Source: Squalus acanthias (lineage: Eukaryota). Taken from it: a DNA stretch of 64,000 bases. This document shows positions 23,801 to 35,570 of the stretch, piece by piece. The translations under genes and the position numbers were made by a program. Each line of letters begins with the position of its first letter. Positions within the stretch are counted from its first letter, which is position 1. The stretch lies in contig CM059432.1 in NCBI GenBank assembly GCA_030390025.1, positions 92,134,001 through 92,198,000 of the forward strand. The letters run 5' to 3'. Under the pieces are notes generated by a model. That model saw nothing but the letters and a program-made list of their open reading frames with translations. It made no database searches and was not told the origin of the DNA.

Positions 23801-26041
23801 TCATTGGAATCGGAGTCTGATGAGGTGTTCTCGGTTAGCCCGTCTGGAAGGGTGATTGGCTGTCTGCCTGCTCCCTTCCTCCTCGTCCTCTTCCTCTACC
23901 TCTTCCACTTCCTCTTCTTCCTCCTCCTCCCTGGCAAGTTGAATCCAAAATTGACTCAGTGGCAGGAAGCAAAGGGTTATGGTTGATGGGTGCTTTTGTG
24001 ACTGGAAGTTTGTTTCTAGTGGAGTTCCGCAGGGCTCAGTACTTCAATGTAGCGGGCATGATTAAGAAGTTTGCAGTTGAGACAAAAATAGGCATGTAGT
24101 TAATAGTGAGGACGAAAGCTGTAGACTACAGGAAGATATCAATGGACTGATCAAGTTGGCAGAAAAGTGGCAAATGCAATTCAATCCAGAGAAGTGTGAG
24201 GTAATGCATTTGGGGAGGGCTAACAAGGCGAGAGAATACACTATAAATGGTAGGACACTGAGAAGTGCAGAGGATCAGAGGGACCTTGGAGTGCATGTCC
24301 ACAGATCCCTGAAGGTAGCAGGACAGGTAGATAAGGTGGTTAAGAAGGCTTACGGGATACTTTCCTTTATTAGCCGAGGCATAGAATATAAGAGCAGGGA
24401 GGTTATGCTTGAACTGTATAAAACACTAGTTAGGCCACAGCTAGAGTACTACGTACAGTTCTGGTCACCACATTACAGGAAGGATGTAATTAAACTAGAG
24501 AGGGTACAGAGGAGATTTACAAGGATGTTGCCAGGACTGGAGAATTTTAGCTATGAGAAAAGATTGGATAGGCTGGGGTGGTTTTCTTTGGAACAAAGGA
24601 GGCTGAGGGGAGACTTGATTGAGGTGTATAAAATTATGAGGGACCTAGAGAGAGTGGACAGGAAGGACCTATTTCCCTTAGCAGAGAGGTCAATAACCAG
24701 GGGGCATAGATTTAAAGTAATTGGTAGAAGGATTAGAGGGGAGTTGAGGAGAACTTTATTCACCCAGAGGGTGGTGAGGGTCTGGAACTCACTGCCTGAA
24801 AGGGTGGTAGAGGCAGAAACCCTCATCACATTTAAAAAGTACTTGGATATGCACCTGAAGTGCCTGTAACCTACAGGGCTATGGACCAAGAGCTGGAAAG
24901 TGGGATTAGGCTGGATCGCTCTTTTTCGGCCGGCACAGACATGATGGGCCGAATGGCCTCCTTCTGTGCCATAATTCTCTATGATTCTATGATTCCTCCT
25001 CTCACTCGTCCTTCTCCTGAGGTTGTCCTGCAATCCCTGGTGGCAAGGGCTGCGCCCTCATGATGGCCAAGTTGTGAAGTATGCAGCAGACCACCACGAA
25101 ATGGGATACACTCTCAGCCGACTACTGGAGGGCTCCACCCAAGCGGGCAAGGCAGCGGAACAGTTGCTTCAGTAGCCCAATGGTCTGCTCGATGATGTTC
25201 CTGCTGGAAGAATGGCTCTCATTATATGAATGTTCGGCACGAGTGGTGGGGTTGTGGAGGGGAGTCATGAGCCAGGTGGATAGAACTTGTCTCTGAGCAG
25301 CCACCCTCGAGTTTCATATGGTGGCTGGAAGATTCCTAGCACACCGGACTGACGTAGGATGAAGGCACCATGGCTGCTGCCAGGATAGTGGGCGTTGACC
25401 ATCAGAAATCGTTGGGCATGGTCGCACACTAAATGTACATTAAGTGAGTGGTAGCCTTTGTGGTTACGGAAGATCTCAGGATTGTTCTGCGGCGCCCGCA
25501 AAGCCACGTGTGGGCAGTCGATGGCGCCCTGCACCATGGGGATGCCCACTATCCTGGCAAAGCCACATGCACGCTCGTCGTGCTTCTCTCTGCTCAGAGA
25601 GAAGAAAACGTAGTCCCTTCTCCTGGTGTAGAGAGCCTCAGTGACCTCCCAGATGCAGCAATGGACAGCGAACTGTGAGATGTTAGCTATGTCTCCTGCT
25701 GCAGACTGGAAGGATCCAGTAGCAAAGAAATTGAGGGCCACGGTGACCTTGACTGCCACTGGGAGAGCCGTGTTCACCCTGCTCTCAGGCTGCAGCTCTG
25801 GTTGCAGGAGGTGGCAGAGTTCTGTGACCACCTCCTTGGTGAAGTGGAGCCTCCTAATACACTGCTCCTCGCTTAAGTGGATATAAGAGAAGTGCTCTCT
25901 GAAGACCCTAGGTGAGTAAGACCTCCTGTTGAGAGCCCTCCTCCTCCCCCCACTACGCGCATCTTCTCATCTTCTCCGCTGCCTCCGCTCCCTCTCCCTA
26001 AGATCCTGGAGCGTGAGGGGGACTACCAGTAGAGCCCCCAT
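23801..26041 (-). pseudogene. Harbinger DDE transposase of element D (interrupted by CR1)
   Basis: ORFs 25265-25831 (GAIDCPH, NHKGYHSLNV) and 25122-25304 ([16 protein letters not shown]). ATG at 26041. Acidic tail ending REHLIRLRFQ* at 23801. Confidence 0.9.
23932..24993 (+). mobile_element. CR1 LINE 3' fragment inserted in the acidic tail of transposase D
   Basis: ORF 24156-24869 (WQMQFNPEKC...LEYYVQFWSPH...VWNSLP) and an ATTCTATG-type tail. Confidence 0.92.
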
Positions 26042-27199
26042 GACTGTGAGCAAGTGTTGTGAGCAGAAGCCTTTAAATAAGAATGAAGGCGTCTCCACTT
26101 GCCCCAACACTCCCTGTTACCATAGAACCTTGCAATAAGTTAATAAAGCTGCTGAGTTGCAGAAAGTTGCACAGAGCCAGTCAAACTGAACAAACATGTC
26201 AGCTGCAAGTTTTTGCTGATGATCCCTTTAAATATCACTGCTGGAGCCTCCATCCTGCTTGTCAACACTTGCTCAGCTCGTCGCACGTAAGGCATGCCGG
26301 TAAGTGGAGTGGCAAAGTTGAAACTTCCAGATCGGGCATCAAATGAGCATTGCACTCACTGATGTCGCGATCTGCACAATCTACATATCCCTAGCGAGCG
26401 CGGACATCGGCAGTGCTGCCGGCCATCCGAAAATGGCAGCCGCTGTGGGACCCGCTGGCAGCGGGCGGAAGAGCGGTGGCCGCCATGTTTTTGCCCGAAT
26501 CTGGCAGTAATGGGTGAGGCCAAACCCCTGAATTTCTAGGCCATTATTTTTTAAATTTCCAACAATTAAAACCTGAAGTAATGAGACTGCAGACTTGTAA
26601 TAGTTAATTTTCAGTGCCAGTGAGGTTGACTGGCAGTAATTAATACTTAGCACCTCATTAAAAAGGTACTTGGACTTGAAATTACTTGACTTAACTTTCC
26701 GTGGCGAGTTTAGTTCATATCTAAAGCGCAAATACAGCAACTTCATGCCGTTCAATACATTTTAATGGTGAGGCAGGTCGAGAGATGCCGTTTTTGGGAA
26801 TTGAACAGCAGAGCAGCGCAACTCGGACAGCAACTATTGGATTTTTAAAATATCACAAGATCATAAGATAGATTCAGATGAGGAAGGCCACCAGTTCTAT
26901 TGCAGTTCATCCACACAGTAAGTTCCACTAGTCTCCCATCATAGTAGCCAATTGTTCCTTAAATGATTCCACAGTTTCATCTCCATTAAATATGTCAGGT
27001 AAGACTTACATTCAAGCTGTAATGACAAACCAGGTGTGTTTCTCGTGGTAAAGATGCTGCTGAGCAGCAAATCTTGTCAAATATGTGATCCTATCATGAA
27101 AAGAATAGCTGTGTCTTGACAACCCGACAGTGTGACATGTGATATCGCACTATGCATCCCAATAGGCAACGTCGCTACAGAGCAGAACATAAGAGCTGA

Positions 27200-27395
27200 G
27201 AGCTTGGTGGCACAGTCTGTTAGTGCACTCTCATTTTACCTCGGAGAGTTGGATTTGAATCCAGCCACAGATTGATGGATGAAAAGCTGCTCTATCTTTG
27301 CTGGCTATAAGGATCCTCCTCCTACGACATAAAATAATTTTGGTCAGTCTCAGCCTAGTTCCGATGATGCATAATCCCACAGTGTAACATTGAAC
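27200..27395 (+). mobile_element. LF-SINE-like tRNA-derived SINE fragment
   Basis: A-box-like GGTGGCACAGTCTGTTAG, B-box-like GATTTGAATCC, and TTGGTCAGTCTCAGCCTAGTTCC, which resembles my recollection of the LF-SINE body. Confidence 0.4.
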
Positions 27396-27447
27396 TACAG
27401 AGCATATTCTTTCCCTTTTCATTTTAATTTTGCAATGTTGTATGGAA

Positions 27448-27995
27448 AGGCCCTGCAAATCCTCAGGGCCACTTATGCTATTCTTGTGCTCCACCTGGGA
27501 TTTCCAGCTGCTGATGAGTAGCAGCATTGACCCCCACCATAATTCGAGGGGTCAGCAGCTCATTTGCATCCTGATTGACAGTGAAACAGCGCAACTCCCA
27601 TGTAAAATGGAAGTACCACGCTGGTGGGGGGAGGGGGGATGTTCTGGCTGCCTTTAAAAGCCTCCAGCAACTGAAAACAACAGCAGCAACTGCCTGGGGG
27701 ACAGTGGGTAAGTACTGAAAGCTCTAGCAGCATGGATTGCATGTCAGATTTTATAGATAGATACCTTACCAGAGAATTTTATAATTTTGTAAGAATGGTT
27801 TTAACTTCAGGAGCAGTCAGAGAGATCCAGAAGGGTGCAGTCCGCAGCAAAGAGGTTGAAAAAAGAGCTCATAACTTCAACAAGTCTGACCTTCAGACCC
27901 TTACAGACGAGATACACGTAAAGAGAGAAAGATTTCAGGGTTCCCATACTTGAAAAAACCCAAAAGGGATCTTTCAAGCCATGTGGAGAGGCGTA
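27448..27995 (+). mobile_element. Old Harbinger remnant with a degenerate Myb exon 1
   Basis: EKRAHNFNKSDLQTLTDEIHVKRE in ORF 27732-27953 resembles the KRAPRFS..L..LV..V N-terminus of the other copies. Confidence 0.45.
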
Positions 27996-29082
27996 TTGGC
28001 ACTGAGTGCCTCCTCTCTGATCTCCAAACAAAAATTCCTCAAAATTTTCTCTTTAACAATGCCCCCAATCATCCACCTAACATTTTTCTCATTACTGTAT
28101 GGTGTCCAGTTTTGTTTCTGCAAATTACTTTGGGATGTTTCATTATGTTAAAGGTGTTGTTGTTTTAACAAAGGGCCAGTAAGTAATCATTGCAGAATAC
28201 ATATATTTTACATCAGTGCATGTTGATTATCTCCAGAGGTTGTTGCATAGGTCTGAGATGAGCTTCCGACCACATATCCGCACCATCACTAAGACCGCCT
28301 ACTTCCTCCTCCGTAACATCGCCCGTCTCCGCCCTGCCTCAGCTCATCTGCTGCTGAAACCCTCGTCCATGCCTTTGTTACCTCTAAGCTTGACTATTCC
28401 AATACACTCCTGGCTGACCTCCAATCTTCCACCCTCCATAAACTTGAGCTCATCAAAAATTCTGCTGCCGTATCCTAACACGCACCAAGTCCCATTCCCC
28501 CATCACCCCTGTGCTCGCTGACCTACATTTCCGATTGAGCAACGCCTCGATTTTAAAATTCTCATCCTTGTGTTCAAATCCCTCCATGGCCTCGCCCCTC
28601 CCTATCTCTGTAACCTCCTCCAGCCCTACAAACCTCTGAGATATCTGCGTTACTGCACTTTTGGCATCTTGCCTATCCCCGATTTTAATCATTCCACCAT
28701 TGGCAGCCACTCCATAGTGCCATTAAATGGTGCTGAAACGGCGGCCGCTGCTCTTTTCCAGCTGCTGGTGGTTCCCGCAGCGGCTGCCATTTTTGTGCTT
28801 ACCTTTGCGCTGTCGGTAACTGGCAGCGCCATGCTGGAGAAAATGGTGACGGTGTGACATAAATCAGCGTGCAATGCCGACTTTACATCACACGTGCGAA
28901 CTCCGACCCTCACGTTGAATTCAGCACTGGGTCCTAAGCATGCCAGGTTAATATCTTTCAGGTAAGTTTGTATTTAAGCTTCTGGACTATTTTTTTTAAA
29001 TTTTATTGAAGTAGTGGCTTGCTGCAATAGATGTGAAAAGTTGGACGCTTGCAAGGGCTCAGATGGTAAATGATGGCCTTTG

Positions 29083-29230
29083 AGAAGACAGAACATGCTG
29101 CAAATACTTAGCAGGTCAGGCAACATCCGTGGAGAGAAAAACAGAGTTCACGTCTCAGGTCGAGATGCTGCCTGACCAGCTGAGTATTTCCAGGATTTGA
29201 TGCTGTCATTTCACATTTACAGCATCTGCT
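29083..29230. mobile_element. Degenerate Penelope-like fragment with inverted halves
   Basis: A minus-strand copy of the 9373-9450 sequence is joined to a plus-strand copy (GATGCTGCCTGACCAGCTGAGTATTTCCAG). Confidence 0.6.
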
Positions 29231-30464
29231 TGCAGAGGGACTAGAAAGACACAGAAAAGGAGGAAGCCAAGGAGGAGGAATCAGACAGAAGGATGCATCC
29301 CAGACAGCCCCTTTGTGGCTGGGATATCCAGGATGGAATCATTCGCCTGTGGTCCCAGTGACCACAACCCCAATTTTCCTTTCAACATTAGTCCCACACT
29401 TTACCTTCCCTCTGTTACTGACCTCTTGGCCATGATGCTGAAATAAAAGCCACCACAAAGCAAACTTTCCAATCCACCTATATACATCTAGCCATCCAAT
29501 GTGACATCAAGAAATCAACTCATCACCCGTATGCATTCTCTTAGTGACTGTCTTCTGTGTACCTTTGCCTATCCTACTGATGTCACGCAGTGCTACCCCA
29601 GTAGCTGCTGCATGGCTGGTGGAAGGCTGCTGACTTTCAATGGGGGACACTGCAAATGTCCTTGCTGGTTGACCTTGAGGAGCTTGTGGCTGGGAGTGTC
29701 AAATCAATCTTCTTCTTCTTGTTCTTCTTCACTCTCCTCTCCCTCTTCTTGTCACCCACTGACTGTGCAGGCTGCATTTCTTGGGTGTGTGAAATGAGGA
29801 AGGCACAAGGGTGGAGTTCTGGTGATGGAAGGGCAGGAAGGCATGAGGTGCAAGCCAGAAGGAGGATAACATATGAGGATACCAGCATCTTGTATCCTTT
29901 CAACCCCTCCGCTGGCCAAGGACTCAGCCATGCCCCTGCCAAGAATGGCCTGCACCATCTCCTCCAAGGAGGTGAGGTGAGGCTAGGAATGGGAGATGTG
30001 CCTCGTGATTGGTGCAGATTGTTGGGAGGTGAGTGATTGAGGGTGGAGTCATGCATTGAGCAGTGTGTGACGCTAGTTGGTAGGAGATGGGTTTTGAAGA
30101 TGCATTCACTGATCTTGACCAGTGGTCTGAGTTCATGAAGCTTCTTTGGGCACTGGAGCCAGATGGTGGGGTGACACTGCTGGCAGTGACTGCCTCGGTG
30201 ATGTGGTCCCACATCGTTCTTTCTGGAGGGCCTCCTGGTCCCTGTAGGTAGAGGACCTCTCTTGTAGTGTTGACCCCCTGCACAAAGCTGGAGTGCTGCA
30301 TGTGAGACCCTGGGTGCCCCTTCCCTGGCTTGCTGAGCCACTTGTGTTAGTGCTGAGGCATTTTTCCCATTTTTGAGGTTAGGAAGGGAATTCAGCTTTA
30401 CTTCTTTTAATGTTAAATATTTTTTTTAAGGCAGAAAGGGCTGAAAACTGTAGTGTTTCACTTC

Positions 30465-30756
30465 ATTTTAATTTATGATTCTGCCATCCCCATTTGCAAC
30501 ATTTAATCTCTCCTGCCTTTCACCCTATCACAGACCGTCCCTTTAGTTCCTTCCTCCCCTCCCCCCCTTTCCCTGCCTCTGCACCTGCTTAAAACCTGTT
30601 ACATCTCCAACTTTTACCAGTTCTGACGAAGGATCACAGACCTGAAACGTTAACTCTGTTTCTCTCTCCATGGATGCTGCCTGGCCTGCTGAGCGTTTCC
30701 AGCATTTTCTGTTGTTATTTCAGATTTCCAGCATCCACAGTATTTTGCTATTGCTT
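30465..30756 (+). mobile_element. Penelope-like element 3' region
   Basis: Pyrimidine-rich leader, hammerhead-like core at 30619-30655, and a tail shared with 9386-9487. Confidence 0.7.
30619..30655 (+). ncRNA. Candidate minimal type I hammerhead ribozyme
   Basis: AGTT-CTGACGA-AGGATC-ACA-GACCT-GAAA-CGT-T-AACT. Both core boxes are present, stem I is AGTT/AACT, stem II is imperfect, and a palindromic ACGT replaces stem III. Confidence 0.6.
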
Positions 30757-31819
30757 TTATGTTAAGGTGGATTCAGGTCTACGAATCCCACTCTAACGCC
30801 CAATGTGGGAGGTGTGAAAGTCATAAATAATCCTACACTGCCGAGGCCCTAAGCTCTGGAATTCGCTCCCTAAACCTCTCCCCCTCTCTAACTCCCTCTC
30901 CTTCTTTAAGCCGCTCCTTAAAACCTACCTCTTTGACCAAGCTTTTGGTTGTCTGCCCTAATATCTCCTTATGTGGCTGTGTCAAATTTTATTTGATAAT
31001 GCTCCAGCAAAGCGCCTTGGGATGTTTACTGCGTTAAAGGTGCTATATAAATGCAAGTTGTTGTTGTTGTTGCTGTCCCTCAGACAGTTCTTTCTCAAGA
31101 GCACTAACATCCTGCACACCAGCTATGCACCTTAAACTTTGTAAGTACCAACAGCAGTATGAGTACTCCAACTCTGGCAGTATATTTTCCTGAGATTATC
31201 ACACATAATAGTAAATTGTTGCACCACAATCTTAAACACCTAGGGCTAAATTCTAATCAGCATTCAGCCATCTTAAATTATCTGTATCCCATCGAGACTG
31301 AATGAGATTTGATCATTTAAGACAGCTCAGTGCTGATTAGAATCCTGGCCCTCATCTCAGTCTCAAGCTGGACTGCATTAGTATTCTGTTTCCTGGATCC
31401 CTTTTGTGCCTTAATTATTGTGAAAAAGAACAGCAGTGAATAATCTCTAATAACTGCAATAAAAAAGGAGAATAACATTAAATGATATTGAATGTGACTC
31501 AAGCCATAGTGATTTGATGTGCACAACTAGCAATGGTGATATTCAGGGAAATATGGATGATTGGCACATGGAACTTACTAGAACCTTAACTTGATTCTCA
31601 ATCATGACACAAGGCCGGTTGACGTTTGCAGTTTTAAAGCTCTGCACAAGAAATCCAGCCCCCTGACCTCTGCACCCCCTGTGCTGCAAATGTCATTGGG
31701 TGCACGCCTGCCATATGTTAATAAGGGGACCTCAGAAAACCCAGGGAGATTCCTTTTGTGTTCTGATGGGCTGACATGCCATTAATGTACTGGGGGTAGA
31801 ATTTCAGCCTTTAAAAGTC

Positions 31820-32066
31820 AACCACATAGTGTGGGACTCGAGTCATGTGTAGGCTAGACTAGGTAGAGGTGGCTGGTTCCCCTCTCTGAAGGACATTAGT
31901 TGTGTTTTTACGGCAATCCAGGAACTTCCATGGCCATTTTTTCTGGTGCTGGCCCAAAACTGAGCAGATTTATTGAATTCAATGCCACAAATTGCAATAG
32001 AGGAACTTGAACTGACAACTTCTGGATTGCTCGCCAAGGATCATAGCCACTTCACTACTGCACCCT
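31820..32066 (-). mobile_element. tRNA-derived SINE-like element
   Basis: Minus-strand head GGGTGCAGTAGTGAAGTGGCTATG...GTTCAAGTTCC with A/B-box-like spacing. Confidence 0.45.
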
Positions 32067-32226
32067 ATCAGCATGAAAGTGCCAATTCTGGCCCAAGCAC
32101 CATTCTCACACATATCTGTGCAGTCAACCGTGGTCTCTGTGTTCAAACCCAATCTGATTCTGCAAGCTGCAGCTTGCCATGAGCTACGTGAGCTTGTAGT
32201 GTATTTTCTTTGCTGGGCAAACTTAC

Positions 32227-32758
32227 ACAGTCAATAGTAGAACATATACATGCTAATTATCTTCTGGAGGTCCACATACTGTAAATCACTGCATTGACCA
32301 CACAAATCACCACTGGTGCTGTCTATAATACTATAGTTCTCCCAGATATTGCCCATGTGTAATCGGAGACCTGCAGTATGGTTTCAGACAGTCACTTTAG
32401 TTGTACTGCAGCCCAAAATGACAGCAGTTTGTCCATCACTGCAGCAGATCAAATTTATTGCAACAGTAACTGACGAGGTAAAAATATTGCACACATTAGC
32501 GATTCTCAGTTATTTACATGATAATGTTATTGTTGCTCGAGGTCCCAGTTTTATTTCTTCCCCTTTCTTCCCATGGTGGCTCTGCAGTTCTTGCCGGAGT
32601 TGTTGTTGTAGTGCTGAACCAGGGAGGTTTTCCCCGTCAAGTTTCTAATCAGCACTTTGAACAGCTGGTCATTTGCCACCGTCCAGGTCGAACTGACTGA
32701 CTCCAGCTGCAGTGTCTAAACTCAACATCAAAGCTTCTCATAAACACCCATTTCTAGC
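32227..32758 (-). other. Candidate non-coding or 5' UTR exon in non-repetitive DNA
   Basis: Acceptor TTTTTTTGTTTGCACTAG|G at 32758 and donor TGT|GTAAGT at 32227. No long ORF. Confidence 0.35.
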
Positions 32759-32824
32759 CTAGTGCAAACAAAAAAACCTTCATCCAAACACTTCTGGATT
32801 AAAATTTTCATTTAACAACTATAA

Positions 32825-33019
32825 GCAGTGAAATTCGACTTGGTGGGGAGGAGGGGAAGCAAAACAAGCAGAATCGCTTTTGCCGCCGGGTATGCAACAC
32901 GCCCGAGATTCAGTTCTATTAAGGTCAATGGAATTGAATATCGGGCAGGCCATATAACGGGCGATCAATGTGATACCTACCACCTGCTTTGCATCCACAC
33001 CCATTTCCAATTTCACCCC
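32825..33019. mobile_element. Short MITE
   Basis: Termini GCAGTGAAATT / AATTTCACCCC and an internal imperfect hairpin at 32901-32946. Confidence 0.55.
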
Positions 33020-33149
33020 AGAGAGGTATAAAAATCTGGGGGGAAAATAAATCTTTTTACTTTTGCTGTTTTTTCATGGCTTGTTCACGGTTGTTATAGA
33101 TAAATTTTCAAACTAGTTGCCATATGATGTAGGTTGCTGTAATGCACTC

Positions 33150-33510
33150 TGGGTATTTCACGGGAGGGACTCTTCCGCAAATGATTATTGACATCGTCAA
33201 CTGCTCCCTTTCATCAGGCATTGATCTCCTTTCAATACGATTGTCGTCATCCCTCCTTAAAAAGCACATCCTCTACAAGCCATCCTCTGCATCTACTGCT
33301 CCATCTATTACTGTCCTTTCCTGTCTAAGGTGGTCAAACGTAGCTGTGTCACCCAAATCTGCAACCACCACTACTTGTTCCAATCCCTTCATCTGGGTTG
33401 GATCCCAGGGAGATCAGCCTGGTCAAAGTTACCTATGCTACTCTGTGTGGTGCATTATCCCTCCCCATCCTCATTGACCTCTCATGACCTTTGATGCTAG
33501 GAACCGCTCC
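33150..33510 (+). mobile_element. Degenerate L2 RT fragment
   Basis: MIIDIVNCSLSSG... parallels MLADTVNGSLSSG in the L2 at ~18004. Confidence 0.6.
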
Positions 33511-33989
33511 ATATTTCAGGATTTGGGGTAGGAAAAATAAGCAAATAAGAAAGTGTTGTATCTTAAGCAAATATTAACAAATCCATACTAGGGAGTGGCA
33601 CGGAAATATATTTTAGGATGTATTTTATAGCTGAGGATGAAATTTCGAGAAGAGAATATCAAAGTGTTTTTTAGTTAGTAGGTAAATAGTATTAAAAATA
33701 TTATATTTGCAAGACCCTGTGGGGTAGAATTTCCTCAGGTGTTCTCCTGATCCACCACTGTAACTTTGCTGGAAAATCCAATGGAAACCCCAAAGAAACG
33801 GCATGAATGGGCTTCCGTGGATCTTAATGGGATGTATCTTTCAGTATCTGTAATACATGTAATATTTTTAAGTAATGTCAGTCACATGATATGTTGCTAC
33901 AATATTTTGCTGCAATACAGCAGAGTGCAAACTGCTGTTGTGTTTAGGTTGCAGCGAGACTGGTAATAATCAGAAATTTTTAGTAGAAT

Positions 33990-34186
33990 TAGATATTTAG
34001 GGTAGTAGAAATCTGGAACTCTCTTCCCCAAAAGGCTGTGGATGTTAGGACAATTTGAGCTTTCAAGAGTGAGATTCATTTATTTTTGTTAGGTAAGGGT
34101 ACCAAGGAATATGGAGCAAAGGCGTTAATGGAGTTGAGTGGCAAGAGCAGGCTTGAGGGGCTAAATGGCCTACTCCTGTTCCTAAT
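33990..34186 (+). mobile_element. Degenerate CR1 3' end
   Basis: ATCTGGAACTCTCTTCCCCAAAAGGCTGTGGA...AAATGGCCTACTCCTGTTCCTA matches the other CR1 3' UTRs here. Confidence 0.7.
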
Positions 34187-34769
34187 GCTCCTAAATTGCC
34201 TTCCTGGAGTGCCCACGAGCAATTCACGTAGGATTTACTACCATTATAAAACACACACACAGTAGACATGAAGTGAATAGAAAGCCATGGTTTAAAGCAC
34301 TGGGTTTTGGTCACATCCAGAAACCAATTGAGTTTTGTTCTAGTGGCTTATGATGTCATCCAAAGCCCTGTAATAAACTGCACTCTCATTACTCTCCAAG
34401 TATCTGAGCTCCATTTGGGCTAGTGATCACTGCCAGTGTCGCTAAACCCAGTGGGGTACAATGACATTTGGCTTAACAGTGGCAACGGTTGATGCGCATG
34501 GGAGTCCGGGCTCTGTGCCCACTAGCAATTGGAACAGAAATCTTTAGCATTTTTTTTGTTGCACCAGATTTGTTCAAACCAATTAAGTCCCATCTATTGC
34601 AGAATCGTATCTATTAGACACTGGCCTCAGCCTATCGATACTAAAATGCTGCAGTCCTTCTATGTCCCCAGTTTGAAATGGAGTTGAAAGAACAGCATGT
34701 GCAGCAAAGATTATAACATTTCTGGGATGAGCAGCAAAACAACTATTTTGTCTGAATTTATTGTGTAGG

Positions 34770-35570
34770 TGCAGGAGGCAGAGGGCTGGAAGAGGACACA
34801 GACTCTGTAGAACCCTGACATCTCCTAGCATCAGACCCCACAAGGCCACTTCTACCAGCTCAGGACCAAGTGTCTGGAGATAACTGCAGAGTGCCGCAAG
34901 CAGCTCCTGCAGCTGTCTATCATGATTAAATTATGCAATTCGTGTGACCCGGAGCTGGAGAGGCAATTCAACATCAGCACAAATCCGCATATGGCATTTA
35001 AAGTGACAACAGCCCTGGATTGTTACGCTTCAGGGATTGTAAAGGCTGTTATAGGGAACCCAACAGGAGCCAGCCATCTCGGCGCACTGTCACCTAGCCT
35101 GTTAAGGCATGCACCCACATATGTGCTGTTAAGCACTGAGCCTCAGCAGCATGTATCCAGGCAGCAAGGTTTCTCTGGAACGGTCAGATTCCCAAGGATG
35201 CAGGACATCATTGACTGCACACACACATATAGCCATTTGGGTTCCATCAGGAATAGAAAAGCAGATCACTCAATATACACAAACAGTGTAAAGGGCATCC
35301 TCCATGTTAAAGCTAGGTATCTCGGGAGCCATCACAATAGTTACATCCTGTGGGAATCAAACATTCAAAATCTGCTCAGCAGGGATGGCAAGCTGGATGG
35401 ACGGCTCCTAGGAGTGACCTTCCTTCATGCCACTAGTCATCATGACAACCAACAGGGCAATGTAATGAAGGCAACTGCCAATCCCAGGTGCTAATTGAGC
35501 AGTGGTTTGGAGTCTTAAACAAAATTCTGTCACCTGGATTACTCAGAATGTGCATTACGGTTTGCCGAGA
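34770..35570 (+). pseudogene. Ancient Harbinger transposase relic
   Basis: ORF 34922-35494: FKVTTALDCYASG, FPRMQDIIDCTH, NRKADHSI, ARYLGSHHNSYIL, GRLLG. Confidence 0.8.

Larger units (their letters stand above)
21481..26542. mobile_element. PIF/Harbinger transposon D (two-gene, decayed, with a CR1 insertion)
   Basis: TIRs AGCCTAGAAATT / AATTTCTAGGCC. + strand Myb gene and - strand transposase. No clean TSD. Confidence 0.88.
28711..30837. mobile_element. Decayed Harbinger derivative E (Myb remnants on -, transposase C-terminal tail on +)
   Basis: ORF 29637-30341 begins AQQAREGAPRVSHAAL. C-terminal QQPSTSHAAATGVALR at ~29640-29580. Transposase tail ...GIIRLWSQ* at ~29235-29361. TIRs not resolved. 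Confidence 0.7.
28250..31073 (+). mobile_element. L2 LINE 3' fragment split by element E (28250-28710 and 30838-31073)
   Basis: Collinear with 18860-19590 on both sides of the interruption. (GTT)n tail at 31057-31073. Confidence 0.88.

Noticed and set aside
21095..26850. Older MITE hosting element D
   Set aside because: The flanks look repeat-like, but the putative termini match poorly and there is no TSD, so it was not called as a feature.
27200..27280. tRNA gene
   Set aside because: Only degenerate A/B boxes with no full cloverleaf; better explained as a SINE head.
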